Shown piece by piece: positions 1-9,897 of a DNA stretch of 64,000 nt. Source of the stretch: a virus; IMG/VR virus record IMGVR_UViG_3300006925_000007, positions 32,001 through 96,000 of that record, one strand, 5' to 3'. Each line of letters begins with the position of its first letter. Positions within the stretch are counted from its first letter, which is position 1. A program made the position numbers and the translations under genes. The notes beneath the pieces were generated by a model that was given only the letters and a program-made list of their open reading frames with translations, did not search any database and was not told where the DNA came from.

Positions 1-530
1 TGAGATTCTATGTGTTTTTTAGTAGAGTTCCCAATTGTTGGTATCTTATACTGATCCATATATGCACTACTTAGCAATGGGTTAAACTCTAACCAAATTT
101 CACCATTTATTTTTACAAGGTCTAAAAGTTTCTCGACTAAGTTTGAATATTGTCTGTCTGTAGAAATTGGTCCACCTGACTCGCTGTGCATTGCATTTGC
201 ATTTGCAATTATATAATCGTATTGTTCATCTTTTTTAAGTATATCAAAACTAGTGTCTAATCCTGTATATTCCCAAAATATTGGGGTTACATATGGCGAG
301 AGCCCACAATCTATCACTTCATTTTGAGATGAATTTGTGGTAATAACTGTATTGCCTTGTTTTGTTAGATGATGACTTAAATGTCCAGATCCTGCTCCAA
401 TTTCAAGTATAAAACTATGACTTTTTATGCCTATACATTGTATTATTTCGTTAGATTCAATTTCACGCTCTTTATAGTCTACATGCCAGTCCCATACGCC
501 TATATTGATTTGTCCTAATTTTTTGGTCAT
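1..530 (-). CDS. Class I SAM-dependent methyltransferase (partial, runs off the left edge; absent from the ORF track)
   Basis: ATG at 528-530 overlaps the TGA of the upstream gp4-like gene (ATGA). Manual translation gives MTKKLGQINIGVWDWHVDYKERE...ILEIGAGSGHLSHHL...YDYIIAN, with a motif-I-like GxGxG, and stays open to position 1. Confidence 0.7.
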   Translation of the reverse strand, partial: MTKKLGQINIGVWDWHVDYKEREIESNEIIQCIGIKSHSFILEIGAGSGHLSHHLTKQGNTVITTNSSQNEVIDCGLSPYVTPIFWEYTGLDTSFDILKKDEQYDYIIANANAMHSESGGPISTDRQYSNLVEKLLDLVKINGEIWLEFNPLLSSAYMDQYKIPTIGNSTKKHIES

Positions 531-973
531 TTCTTTCTCTTCTTAGAACGAGTAGGTTTATTAAAAATTTGATGTTCGGTTATTACTCTAAAACCCATTC
601 CTTGTTGTCTGCACCATGCTTTTGCTGATTCCCATTTAGCATGATTAACTACTGCTTGTGCTTTATCTATCTGTGTTTTGGCTTCGCCTAATGTTTGCTT
701 TGCTGGTTTAATCTCTACCATTTCTGCATGGTTGCCGCCTTGTTTATCTTTATAAACCAAAAGCAAATCTGGAACATATGTTGATGCTTTACCTGTTAAT
801 GGATTTCTGTATGGAATTCTATGTGTTTCACTGCCCCAACCTAAAACGGCTGGGTGGTTATCACACATACGAAATACTGCTAATTCCCATCCACTTCTGT
901 AGCGTGGTGCTTTTTTACCTAAGTATTTACCTGGGTTAGAAATCTCATATATGCCACTCATATAGTTAGGCAT
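527..973 (-). CDS. gp4: Head completion nuclease, T4 gp4-like (TnsA-type PD-(D/E)xK)
   Basis: YRSGWE, WGSE, YVPD and VEIKP motifs; located in the structural module. Confidence 0.85.
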   Translation of the reverse strand: MPNYMSGIYEISNPGKYLGKKAPRYRSGWELAVFRMCDNHPAVLGWGSETHRIPYRNPLTGKASTYVPDLLLVYKDKQGGNHAEMVEIKPAKQTLGEAKTQIDKAQAVVNHAKWESAKAWCRQQGMGFRVITEHQIFNKPTRSKKRKK

Positions 974-976
974 AAG

Positions 977-1552
977 TTACTGTCCTGAGTTTGAAGATTT
1001 TATTTCGAAGCCTTCGTATACAAAAGTTAATCTGTATTGAACTAACTGGCTGTCTGAATAATCTAGAGTATCTGCTGATATATCTGTAATAAACGGATTG
1101 TAAACAGTTATAGTGTTTATATCTGTTTTACTACCTTGTCTGATGATATTTAATGTTGTAATGTAGTTACGACTTGCTTGTAATTTAAAACCTTTAGGAC
1201 CTGCAAGATGAAATACTTCATCTTGGTCATTCATTGGTCCTTCATAGTAATAGTTTGAATATTCTTTGAGGAAAGATTCAAGTGTTGCCGGGTCTCTTGT
1301 GTCATATGCAACAACAGTAATAGGAGTGTAATCATAAGTAGTTTGAACAACTTTTTTACGATTATAGGCATTCATTGTCATTGCAGACGAAGACCAGCCC
1401 GGCATTGTAATACTTGCTATCTTATCAAGCGGAACATCTCCATCTAGTGTAGTAAGACTGGCAGTAAAATTGAACTTACTTCTTGGTACACCTTTAACAA
1501 TCGAGGCCTTTTGACCTTGATTGTATTTGTCATACGCATAGTTCGTTCTCAT
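977..1552 (-). CDS. Tail tube-like protein (gp19 paralogue)
   Basis: Tube-fold pattern (ITMPG..YNRK..YTPIT..YD..LDYS..LTFVYE); adjacent to the tube gene. Confidence 0.65.
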   Translation of the reverse strand: MRTNYAYDKYNQGQKASIVKGVPRSKFNFTASLTTLDGDVPLDKIASITMPGWSSSAMTMNAYNRKKVVQTTYDYTPITVVAYDTRDPATLESFLKEYSNYYYEGPMNDQDEVFHLAGPKGFKLQASRNYITTLNIIRQGSKTDINTITVYNPFITDISADTLDYSDSQLVQYRLTFVYEGFEIKSSNSGQ

Positions 1553-1599
1553 TTACTGTCCCTTCTTCACTAGAGCTAAATTAACTTAGCTCGGGTTTC

Positions 1600-2226
1600 T
1601 TAAGTAGTGGCTTTGCCTAGGGTATCAGTTTCTACGTTTGTGTCTGCCATGAGTGTATTAGAGGCGTTATCATAACGTATTGTTGCAGTAACCTGCACCA
1701 TATCAGATGTTCCATAGTTTAGATCACCATATTGAACATTTGACAAGTAGCACCCTACTAATTCCCATGAATCTATTACCGTTGGTTTAGCTTGTCCATC
1801 TAGAGTTTCAATTAACATTGTAAATTTGTATGGATTTCCGCCGCCTGCATCGGTTCCGGTTCCTGCTGCACTTGCCGTTGCCTTTATTGCTTGGCCACCT
1901 TGTGTGCTATGATCTAATTGTTCTCTAAGTTGGTTACCAATTTTTTTAATAACGTTAGAATTCATATCGTCACGCATTACCAATGATACTGGTTCCCATG
2001 TGTGCTTACCTGCAAGGTATGTTTTTGAGTTATAAGAATCTACTATAACTTCTTCATGTGTTATTGATGGGCGTCCTATACTGATAACGTTTTGCGTTAC
2101 TTCAGTGATGTTTGCAGCGTTGCCGCCTAAACCAGTAAACGATACACGAAACCTATATTGCAACTTAGGCATTAAAGTTGCATTAGCATTTTCTACCGGG
2201 ACTCCAAATTGTGTTGTTACAGCCAT
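1600..2226 (-). CDS. gp19: Tail tube protein
   Basis: PKLQYRFRV, YLAGKHTWEP, WELVGCY and TIRYDNA motifs; directly downstream of the sheath gene. Confidence 0.85.
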   Translation of the reverse strand: MAVTTQFGVPVENANATLMPKLQYRFRVSFTGLGGNAANITEVTQNVISIGRPSITHEEVIVDSYNSKTYLAGKHTWEPVSLVMRDDMNSNVIKKIGNQLREQLDHSTQGGQAIKATASAAGTGTDAGGGNPYKFTMLIETLDGQAKPTVIDSWELVGCYLSNVQYGDLNYGTSDMVQVTATIRYDNASNTLMADTNVETDTLGKATT

Positions 2227-2296
2227 ATTGTTTTCTCCTTGTAAACTGTATAAGTTTTTCTTCTACTAGAAAAACTTAACGTTTTTCTATATATTG

Positions 2297-2304
2297 TATT
2301 TATC
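2297..2304 (-). promoter_or_regulatory. Late promoter GATAAATA for the tube genes
   Basis: Resembles the T4 late box TATAAATA; the motif recurs upstream of most structural genes here. Confidence 0.65.
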
Positions 2305-2313
2305 AGATTAGAC

Positions 2314-2349
2314 AAAAAAAATAAAGGCTACTTTTAAAAAGTAGCCCTT
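2314..2349 (-). terminator. Rho-independent terminator after the sheath gene
   Basis: GGCTACTTT/AAAGTAGCC stem followed by a T-run on the minus strand. Confidence 0.75.
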
Positions 2350-2380
2350 ATTCGTATCTTATTGTATGATATACAAAATA

Positions 2381-4738
2381 TTAGCTTAATTCGCCAGTAT
2401 TTACAATTCTAATTGGAATGTAAATAAACTCTGCTGACTTTGAAGGCTCAATTGCCACGTCAATCCAAAATTCGTTTGCATCAATTCTTGCTGGTGTGTT
2501 GTTTGATTCATCACATACTACTGCAAAGTCAAAAACACCTCTTGTTTCTAATATACCACTCATAAATCCATCAAATGTTGATTTAGCATTTCTGCGAGTC
2601 GCTTCATCGTTTGGTTCAAACAAGTAAGGTCTTGCAATAACTGAGAATCTTTCACGTAAGTATGCTGTTAAACGAGCAACATTAACACGATCTAATGCAC
2701 TAGCTGATGGGTGTAAAGTCTTTTGACCCCACACTACAACACCTTCTGCAGGAAATCTTGCAATTGGGTTCAGTCTAGCATTATACATTGTGTCTCTGTT
2801 TCCTTGTGTAAGTGAAACTGATGTAAATTCATTTTCAGAAGTTAAATATCCAACACTTGCTGCATTTTGAACTTGACCACGTGTTAAGCCTGCTGGTGCA
2901 AACCATTGGAAGCTCACGTTATCACTGTATGCATATGTGTATAATGCCATGTGTGATGCTGGAGCAACAACGTTGTCGCCAGTTGCTGGGTTAGTTGTTA
3001 ATGCATGTGGATAATAAACTGCACTATAAGTATTTTTAGTAGCTAATCCTGATTCACCGTTTGAGCTTACGCCTACTCCGTTAACCCAGTTAACTGCTTC
3101 TGTTGGAGTTACACGGAATGGAGCATCAATAATAACAAACGCTGTTTCATTGCGATTGCTGTTTAATGTTACCATTTCGTCAGTCATTTCTGGATATCCA
3201 GGTGCTGCAATTAAACTAAATGCTACTGTTTCTTGTTGTAATTCTGAACCTGATGCACTTGCTTGCATTGCCGCTACCACTACTGCTCTTTGGGCATGTC
3301 TACCAAATGAACCTGAACCATCAACTTGGTTAGAAGCATGGTTACGCCATTTCCAAGATGTTGTTAGTGATGAATTATACTTTCTAACTGTTCCGCCTGA
3401 ACGACACATGTTAATACCAGTTGTTCCAACTGGGTGTAACAATGGGTCTGGAGAACCTGCTAATAGAGTTGCTTCAAAGGCAGCTGCTGTTGTATCGTTG
3501 GCAGTAATATCACCAAACACAACACCTGCTGATGTTGTTTGGTCTGCGTTATCTTTCTTAACCCATGCAGCACCGTTTGAACGGTAAATTGCTGGATAGC
3601 CTGCTTCATCAGTGTCAACCCAATAGTCACCTAAGGCGCCTACTGCTGGCTCGCCTGTTGCGTATGAAACGTTAGTTACACGTTGCCATTTTTGTGTTCC
3701 ACTATCGCTTGCAACTTCATAAATTGCTAATTCGTTAATGTCACCATCATGCCAAACTGTTCCATCAACTGGCGTTCCGCCTGGTTGTGTGTTTTGTCCA
3801 ACTACTACTATATCAGCCCAAGCTGAGCCTGTGTATACTTGAACAGCAAGTTTATCTGTTTGGTGGTCTAACCATATATCACCTGCGGCTAATGTTCTGT
3901 CTTTAGCGCCTGTTCCGTTTTGCATTACATCAGCTGTTCCGTTTGGTGCTGAGTCTTGTGCATATGTTACTGCTTTTGCCACAAAAGAACCTGCTGCTGT
4001 TGTGTATTGTGAAACATTTAAGTTAACACCGCTACCTGGTGTAGTAGTTTTAACCCATAAGTCGCCTGCACTTGGTGAACTTGGTTCGCTGTAGTGTGGT
4101 GCAAAGTCATCAACTGCTGCTGTTGCCCATGCGCCACTGGCTTCTTTCCAATATTTAATTTCAGTATCAGCTGCACCTACGGCTACTTCTACTAAGTATC
4201 CACCTGTTACAACTGTTGAAGTTGGATTGCCTTGACCGTCTGTAATTTCTACTGTTGGTGTAACCGCTTCCCAACCTGCTGTTGTTGAGTATTTAAACAG
4301 CCCCCAGTTAGATGTGCTTGGGTTAAGCCAGTATGTGTTGTTTGCTGCAGGACCTGTTGGTGCTGAGCTTTGTGGACGTAATGATGTTAAATCAACATCT
4401 GCTCTAACAATATAAGCTGCCGAGCTTTGTCCTAAAAATGAATATGCGGCTAATAGTCCGTATTCGTTAGTTTCATCACCTTGTGCGACAGAGGCGCCTA
4501 CTTTATGGAAATCAACATTACCGAAGTTTTGTGTTAATTCACGTTGTGATGTTACTAATACAGGTTTGCCTGCTTTTGATTTAACAGTTTGTGCTGCTAT
4601 ATCTGTTGTGCCAGTTGGGTCAACCTTGTCTTGGCCTGTCGCAATGAATAACATTGGAACTGTGCCTGTGCCAGTTGGACCGTAAACTGATTCGTCTGTG
4701 ATTGTTACCTGAACTCCAGGTGAAACAAGATTTGCCAT
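2381..4738 (-). CDS. gp18: Tail sheath protein
   Basis: N-terminal LVSPGVQV; WFAPAGLTRG, LDRVNVARL and VCDESNNTP..ID.NE...EFIYIPI sheath motifs. Confidence 0.95.
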   Translation of the reverse strand: MANLVSPGVQVTITDESVYGPTGTGTVPMLFIATGQDKVDPTGTTDIAAQTVKSKAGKPVLVTSQRELTQNFGNVDFHKVGASVAQGDETNEYGLLAAYSFLGQSSAAYIVRADVDLTSLRPQSSAPTGPAANNTYWLNPSTSNWGLFKYSTTAGWEAVTPTVEITDGQGNPTSTVVTGGYLVEVAVGAADTEIKYWKEASGAWATAAVDDFAPHYSEPSSPSAGDLWVKTTTPGSGVNLNVSQYTTAAGSFVAKAVTYAQDSAPNGTADVMQNGTGAKDRTLAAGDIWLDHQTDKLAVQVYTGSAWADIVVVGQNTQPGGTPVDGTVWHDGDINELAIYEVASDSGTQKWQRVTNVSYATGEPAVGALGDYWVDTDEAGYPAIYRSNGAAWVKKDNADQTTSAGVVFGDITANDTTAAAFEATLLAGSPDPLLHPVGTTGINMCRSGGTVRKYNSSLTTSWKWRNHASNQVDGSGSFGRHAQRAVVVAAMQASASGSELQQETVAFSLIAAPGYPEMTDEMVTLNSNRNETAFVIIDAPFRVTPTEAVNWVNGVGVSSNGESGLATKNTYSAVYYPHALTTNPATGDNVVAPASHMALYTYAYSDNVSFQWFAPAGLTRGQVQNAASVGYLTSENEFTSVSLTQGNRDTMYNARLNPIARFPAEGVVVWGQKTLHPSASALDRVNVARLTAYLRERFSVIARPYLFEPNDEATRRNAKSTFDGFMSGILETRGVFDFAVVCDESNNTPARIDANEFWIDVAIEPSKSAEFIYIPIRIVNTGELS

Positions 4739-4781
4739 AATTTAGCTCCTTTATTAAAAACGTAGAATCGTTGTCTACTTG

Positions 4782-4789
4782 TATTTATG
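4782..4789 (-). promoter_or_regulatory. Late promoter CATAAATA for the sheath gene
   Basis: Motif lies 44 nt upstream of the ATG, with an AGGAG SD in between. Confidence 0.65.
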
Positions 4790-4833
4790 GTAGGTGCTGT
4801 AAAAAGGGGTGGTTACAGAGTTAAGTATATACT

Positions 4834-5451
4834 TTATAGCAGGTATTTTAGCGTTTGTTGACGTAAATCTTCCAATGTGCCGATATTGTTAATCTGTTTA
4901 TCAAATGTCCAACCTGCCCAACTCCATTCACTTGGATGAACGCTTGGGTATTGTGTTTCCATTATATGTGGTGCGTGTTCTATATTTGCCTTACAAGCTG
5001 ATCCCCACCATTCTGGTTCACCGTCTCGCCAAACAACTGCGGTAGTTCCACCGAAACGTTTTATTACGTTTAGTTCATTAAAGAATCTACAATCGCTTAT
5101 AACAACATTCTTTTCGGCCATTGCAATTTGACGTTCACATGCTGCAACCCATATATCTGGATGAAAATGTCTACGCATAACATCTGTGCCTACTTGCTGT
5201 AGTGCTAGTCTGGGTGTGAAGTTAGGAATACTTAAACGCTCTGCCCACCATTCATCAACAGTTTCTCTCCAAACTCTGCTTTCTGGTGTATTGCCTTCTA
5301 GTAGTATTCTATCCCATTGAAATATATTAGCACATGCATCTTTTAATACACCTGCAAAACTAATACGCTGAAACCCTTCTTCGATTAAGAATCCGGCCGC
5401 TGTATCTTTGCCGTGTCCAATAAGTCCACATATACCAATTACTTTTTTCAA
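4834..5451 (-). CDS. gp1: Deoxynucleoside monophosphate kinase
   Basis: GICGLIGHGKDT P-loop; TPRLALQQVGTD, ISDCRF.NE and HPSE motifs. Confidence 0.9.
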   Translation of the reverse strand: MKKVIGICGLIGHGKDTAAGFLIEEGFQRISFAGVLKDACANIFQWDRILLEGNTPESRVWRETVDEWWAERLSIPNFTPRLALQQVGTDVMRRHFHPDIWVAACERQIAMAEKNVVISDCRFFNELNVIKRFGGTTAVVWRDGEPEWWGSACKANIEHAPHIMETQYPSVHPSEWSWAGWTFDKQINNIGTLEDLRQQTLKYLL

Positions 5452-5475
5452 TGAAATCTCCTATAACTTTTATAT

Positions 5476-5504
5476 ATTATAGTAGAATATTAATGATTTG
5501 TCAA
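5476..5504 (-). promoter_or_regulatory. Sigma70-type early promoter for the dNMP kinase
   Basis: Perfect TTGACA-17 nt-TATAAT on the minus strand. Confidence 0.8.
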
Positions 5505-5507
5505 GTA

Positions 5508-6245
5508 TTATCCGATAACAAAACCTAAGCCGCTTTGTCCATCATTATATAATGTTAGCTCAGTTTCTAATTTGTCCATCTCTGCCATTGCATCAGTTCT
5601 AAGTTGATCTGCGTTCATTGTAGTTCCGCCTTGTGGTCCTGCAATCTGTGTAAATTTACCACGTGCTTCTGCTATCATAAGTTTTGCATGACACAACGAG
5701 TAATCTTTAAGCCAAGGACCAGCATATTGATCTGATATTAGTCCTTCATCTGTTCTATAGTTGTAACACCAAAGAACAGCATTATCGTTTGCTTTAAGTT
5801 TACGATGTATAATAAGTTTTTTATCTTGTGGGCGCCAAGTAAACATAAGCTCTGCTCCAAATAAGCGACCCATTGTTTCTCTGCTTTGTTGTAAGAAGTC
5901 AAATGTAGATAAACTACCTTTACGTGATGATCCTAGTAAGTATGTTTGCATGTATGCTGATTGAAATGGCTCAAAGTCATTACCTGAACCTGCACTTACA
6001 CCTGTTGTTCGTCTATAAATGTCACGCACTTCAATAACTTCATTTGGTAATGTGTATTCGCTTTGGTCTTCTAAAAGTTCTAATACAATAAAACTTTCTT
6101 CAACTGCATTTTCACTTCGTTGTCTGTATTTCTCTAGGCTTTTTTTAATGGCTAGTTCGTAATGTTCTGGATCAAGTTCAACATCGACCATTCCTCCGCC
6201 TAAACGAAGTTCAATTTCTTTTTGTAATTCTGCTTTTTTGCTCAT
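5508..6245 (-). CDS. gp13: Neck protein (head-tail adaptor), gp13-like
   Basis: LRLGGGMVDVEL N-terminus and WLKDY..RGKF..GPQGG motif; GATAAATA late box at 6282-6289. Confidence 0.8.
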   Translation of the reverse strand: MSKKAELQKEIELRLGGGMVDVELDPEHYELAIKKSLEKYRQRSENAVEESFIVLELLEDQSEYTLPNEVIEVRDIYRRTTGVSAGSGNDFEPFQSAYMQTYLLGSSRKGSLSTFDFLQQSRETMGRLFGAELMFTWRPQDKKLIIHRKLKANDNAVLWCYNYRTDEGLISDQYAGPWLKDYSLCHAKLMIAEARGKFTQIAGPQGGTTMNADQLRTDAMAEMDKLETELTLYNDGQSGLGFVIG

Positions 6246-6289
6246 GAATACATTCTCCTGGAAGTTCTTTTCCTTACTATGTATTTATC

Positions 6290-6901
6290 TTATTCACTAA
6301 ATAGATTTGTTGCAATTTTTACCATTTCTTCTGCATATTTTTTATCTACAGCATTGGTTGTTTTTAGTTTAGCAATATCTGGTATTTCCCTTGCTGATAA
6401 ATCTTCTAGAAATTCATAATTATCTTCATAAGGGTTTAAATATGTTATATCTAATTGATCCATGCTTACATGTGTTAATTCATCTACTACATTTCCTAAA
6501 AATGGATCTCTAATATCAAAGAACTTATACTTTTCAGTTTCAAATATAAAGAATTTTCTAAAAACAAAATCATCTTTTACAAAAGCACTTAGGTGTGGGA
6601 ACCTTCTAGTAATTTTTGAACTTTTATCTCCAAACAATGTGCCAGAAAATACATATATAATTTTCCATACGCCTATTTTTGTAAGTTCTTGCACTGCTAC
6701 GTCAAAATCAAGTCTATCTTCAAACATTATAATATTATTAAAACCGGCATGTTGAGCAGACTCAAGTGATACTAGCCCTAGCTTCTGATCTAAATCCATA
6801 TCAAGCGAATGAGTTTCTGTATTTTTACAATCTATAATTACACCAAACTTATCATCTTCACTTATGTTAAAAACTTCATAAGGATTAATATAAGTGAACA
6901 T
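6290..6901 (-). CDS. Hypothetical protein (AT-rich)
   Basis: 203-aa ORF coupled by a TAATG overlap to the upstream gene; no motif recognised. Confidence 0.6.
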   Translation of the reverse strand: MFTYINPYEVFNISEDDKFGVIIDCKNTETHSLDMDLDQKLGLVSLESAQHAGFNNIIMFEDRLDFDVAVQELTKIGVWKIIYVFSGTLFGDKSSKITRRFPHLSAFVKDDFVFRKFFIFETEKYKFFDIRDPFLGNVVDELTHVSMDQLDITYLNPYEDNYEFLEDLSAREIPDIAKLKTTNAVDKKYAEEMVKIATNLFSE

Positions 6902-8205
6902 TAAAACACTGCCAATATTACTGTTTCGTTATTGAAGCGACCGTTAAGTTTTGTTTCTGTTGTTTTTAGTGTTTGAAACAACTTCTCTGTCTTAGACTTT
7001 GTAGTTTTTTTAATCATTGGTAAAAACTCATCTGTTTTACGAACTGTGCGTTGCACACTTTTTTCTTCGTTATAACCTTGAAGTGTTGTTCCTTTAACAC
7101 TTAGTCCTGATCCATCTCTACCTAGTTTCAATGGATCAACATTACTTGCATAATATAATCCAATTTTGCGATTTTTACAATTAAACACTAATGCAATATT
7201 GGCTCCAATAATCTTTTCAGGTGGAACACTTGCAATACCATAATTACTATCACTTAGTTTGTAATTAAGTTTTTTAACAAGTTGATCTGCTGACTTGAAT
7301 TTAGCCTTACGTGGCTTGCGTTGTGCTTTACTTTCTACAGAAATAATATCACATGCATCTACAATACGCTGATACATTTCTAATAGAGTTTTTGCTTGCT
7401 TGGCTGATAAATGATCGTATCCTTCTTTAAGTTGAGTATACATATCTTTCTCATGTTCGCTCATCTTCTTTAGTTTAGCACTAGTAGGAAAGTTAACCAA
7501 ATCATAAATTTCATCACGCTCGCCTTGATACCATGTTTTAATTAATCTTGCATGTCCGGCTTTACAATTTTCTCTCCGTAATATTTTTACTGGCTCAAAC
7601 TCCTTTAGTAATTGTGCATCATATTCAGATAGATACGTATCTACAAAATTTTCAATATCATTTGCCATTACAATACATGCTTCACGCATACGTTCTTGTA
7701 TGGTAGGTTGATATGTGTTTGCTTTTTCTTTTACAATTTCTTTCTTTGCAGCAAGGATTGGCTTACCTGCCTCTATTGCAGTATTAATTTGCTTTCGTAA
7801 AAACTCTGTTGCTGGTTTAAGATTGCCCATTGTTCCAGCCAATGATTCCCAATACTTATCTTCTTTTTCATTATAATCTGGCATACCTGCTGATAGTAAC
7901 TTGGCTGTAATTCCTGCTGTTACACTTAGCGAATGTCCTGGTGCGGCCTTAACTGCTTTTATATCTTCTTTAGAGAACTCTTCTCCTTGTTGTTTCATCC
8001 ATTCTTCAACTGCCGGATAAAGATCTACTGGCTTGTAGTTGTGATAATACCATTCACGGGCATGTTGAGCTTTGCGATGAAATTGTTCACCTGTAAGTTC
8101 TTCCCAACCTTCCCAAGTTGGAGCTTCAAGTTTTGCACCTCGCTTAATGTGTGGTGCTCTACGTGGCGCCTTTTTCTTTCGGGGCTTTAAGTTTGTCTTT
8201 GCCAT
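6901..8205 (-). CDS. Phage hypothetical protein, basic, probably early
   Basis: 434-aa ORF with an AGGAG SD; TTGACA-17-TATTAT promoter at 8241-8269. Confidence 0.7.
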   Translation of the reverse strand: MAKTNLKPRKKKAPRRAPHIKRGAKLEAPTWEGWEELTGEQFHRKAQHAREWYYHNYKPVDLYPAVEEWMKQQGEEFSKEDIKAVKAAPGHSLSVTAGITAKLLSAGMPDYNEKEDKYWESLAGTMGNLKPATEFLRKQINTAIEAGKPILAAKKEIVKEKANTYQPTIQERMREACIVMANDIENFVDTYLSEYDAQLLKEFEPVKILRRENCKAGHARLIKTWYQGERDEIYDLVNFPTSAKLKKMSEHEKDMYTQLKEGYDHLSAKQAKTLLEMYQRIVDACDIISVESKAQRKPRKAKFKSADQLVKKLNYKLSDSNYGIASVPPEKIIGANIALVFNCKNRKIGLYYASNVDPLKLGRDGSGLSVKGTTLQGYNEEKSVQRTVRKTDEFLPMIKKTTKSKTEKLFQTLKTTETKLNGRFNNETVILAVF

Positions 8206-8278
8206 GTAGCTTCTCCTATAATGATGAAATTCTTAAAAGTATAATATTACAGTTTATTGGTTTTGTCAACCATTGCGG

Positions 8279-8710
8279 TTAACTACCGGTAACAAGTGCA
8301 AGCGATCCATCGTCTTGCATTTCAAAATCTTCAATGTAAATGTGCCAATCACCAACAGCTGCTTTAGCCTGTTGAAAACAACTTTCAGCGGCACGCCAAA
8401 GTTCGCCAACGGTACCATTTACAGCCATTGAGCTGAACTCAATCCAAGTAACTTCACTTTCTAGTGTATCTCCCATTGATTCAATACACTTGTATGTAAC
8501 TTTGCGTGGCTTGTTAGTAAAGATCTCAAAGTCCAACGGCATTGCAGTATCGCTCATTGACCAAACAGTTTGGTAACCTTGCTGTTCTTTAAGATCATTC
8601 CAATGTTCAATCTCAAGTGTCATATCATCCACGTCTTCAAATTTCACTCCTTCAAAGTGTAATATCATATCATCTACTGTATCGTCAAATTTTCCTAGTG
8701 CTTTAGACAT
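8279..8710 (-). CDS. Acidic hypothetical protein, probably early
   Basis: 143-aa ORF with SD; TTGACA-17-TATACT promoter at 8742-8770. Confidence 0.65.
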   Translation of the reverse strand: MSKALGKFDDTVDDMILHFEGVKFEDVDDMTLEIEHWNDLKEQQGYQTVWSMSDTAMPLDFEIFTNKPRKVTYKCIESMGDTLESEVTWIEFSSMAVNGTVGELWRAAESCFQQAKAAVGDWHIYIEDFEMQDDGSLALVTGS

Positions 8711-8771
8711 TTTTCTTCCTTTTTACTTAATTTACTTATACAGTATAAGATATCTTGGTGCATTTGTCAAG

Positions 8772-8801
8772 AAAAAACCCAAGAAAAGAATCTTGGGTTT
8801 T
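8772..8801 (-). terminator. Terminator after the SbmA-like gene
   Basis: AAAACCCAAGA/TCTTGGGTTTT inverted repeat flanked by A/T runs. Confidence 0.7.
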
Positions 8802-8821
8802 CAATTAGTTACAATTTTTCT

Positions 8822-9793
8822 TTATTTTTCTTTGATTTGTCTTTCAAATTCTCTTAAACGTTTGAACACACTCATTAACTCAATAAGTGTTGGCCACGCT
8901 CTAAAGAGATATTGCATACTACCTTCAACACGTCCAAATGCACGAATAATCTGTTGCATTACACCTAGTGTTACAACGCCGGCTACAATAGCTGGTGCTA
9001 AGAACACATAAGCTGATAACACGTTTGCTTGTAAGTATGTAATACGTCCTACATTAAAATACAAATAACGCAAATAAGACTTAAAGTGAATACTACGAAC
9101 ATCTTGGAAAAGTTCGTTAATAGTTTTTGGTCTCACATTGCCATCATCTTCTGCGATAACAAGTATTTTTCTGTATGCCGCTTCTTTCTTCTGCAAATCA
9201 TATTCAACACCAACTAAGCGTAATATCCAACCTAGTGCTATTAAGAATAATGTTCCGCCTACTGACCAAACAATAGCACCTGTAACAAGTCCATATTGCC
9301 AATCACCAAAGAAGAAGATAGGAATACCTACTGATAGTCCTAATAGAATAGGAACGAACTGAACTAGAACCATAATTGATTCAATAAAACTTGTTCCTAA
9401 TCCTTCCATAATACGACTAAACTTAATAGTATCTTCTTGCACACGCTGAGCGGCGCCTTCGATAGTTCTAGCTTTGTCATATACACTATGATACCATTCA
9501 ACCATTGCTGTGCGCCATCTAAATAGATAGTGTGCTGTAAAGAAACTTACTACTACTGCGATACCTACATAGATAGCCGCCAAGTATAAGAAACTTGCTA
9601 AACTACCCCAATATTCACCTATGGTGATTGCATTGGGTGTTGCTAATGCCTTTTGAATCATATCATAAAATTGGCCGAACCATTCGTTAATCTTAACATC
9701 AATTTCGACTTGTACCCAAAGCGATGATAGGATTATTGCTGATCCTAGCCAGGACCATAAAGCCCATTTTTTTACTGTAAAAAATCTAAACAT
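8822..9793 (-). CDS. sbmA: SbmA/BacA-like inner-membrane peptide transporter
   Basis: Multiple TM segments; INEWFGQFYDMIQKAL, FRWRTAM, IEGAAQRVQEDT.KF and EAAYRK.LV..ED motifs; C-terminal W.TLIELMSVFKRLREFE. Confidence 0.85.
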   Translation of the reverse strand: MFRFFTVKKWALWSWLGSAIILSSLWVQVEIDVKINEWFGQFYDMIQKALATPNAITIGEYWGSLASFLYLAAIYVGIAVVVSFFTAHYLFRWRTAMVEWYHSVYDKARTIEGAAQRVQEDTIKFSRIMEGLGTSFIESIMVLVQFVPILLGLSVGIPIFFFGDWQYGLVTGAIVWSVGGTLFLIALGWILRLVGVEYDLQKKEAAYRKILVIAEDDGNVRPKTINELFQDVRSIHFKSYLRYLYFNVGRITYLQANVLSAYVFLAPAIVAGVVTLGVMQQIIRAFGRVEGSMQYLFRAWPTLIELMSVFKRLREFERQIKEK

Positions 9794-9840
9794 AATTTTT
9801 CCTCTTTATAATGCTAGTTAAGATTAACTACGCATATAAC

Positions 9841-9875
9841 TATTTACCATCTTGGAAGTTCGCAAGTCATAAATA
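9841..9875. promoter_or_regulatory. Back-to-back late boxes: GGTAAATA (-, toward sbmA) and CATAAATA (+, toward gp14)
   Basis: Motifs at 9841-9848 (minus) and 9868-9875 (plus) in the divergent intergenic gap. Confidence 0.55.
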
Positions 9876-9897
9876 CTGTATATAATAGGAAAACCAT

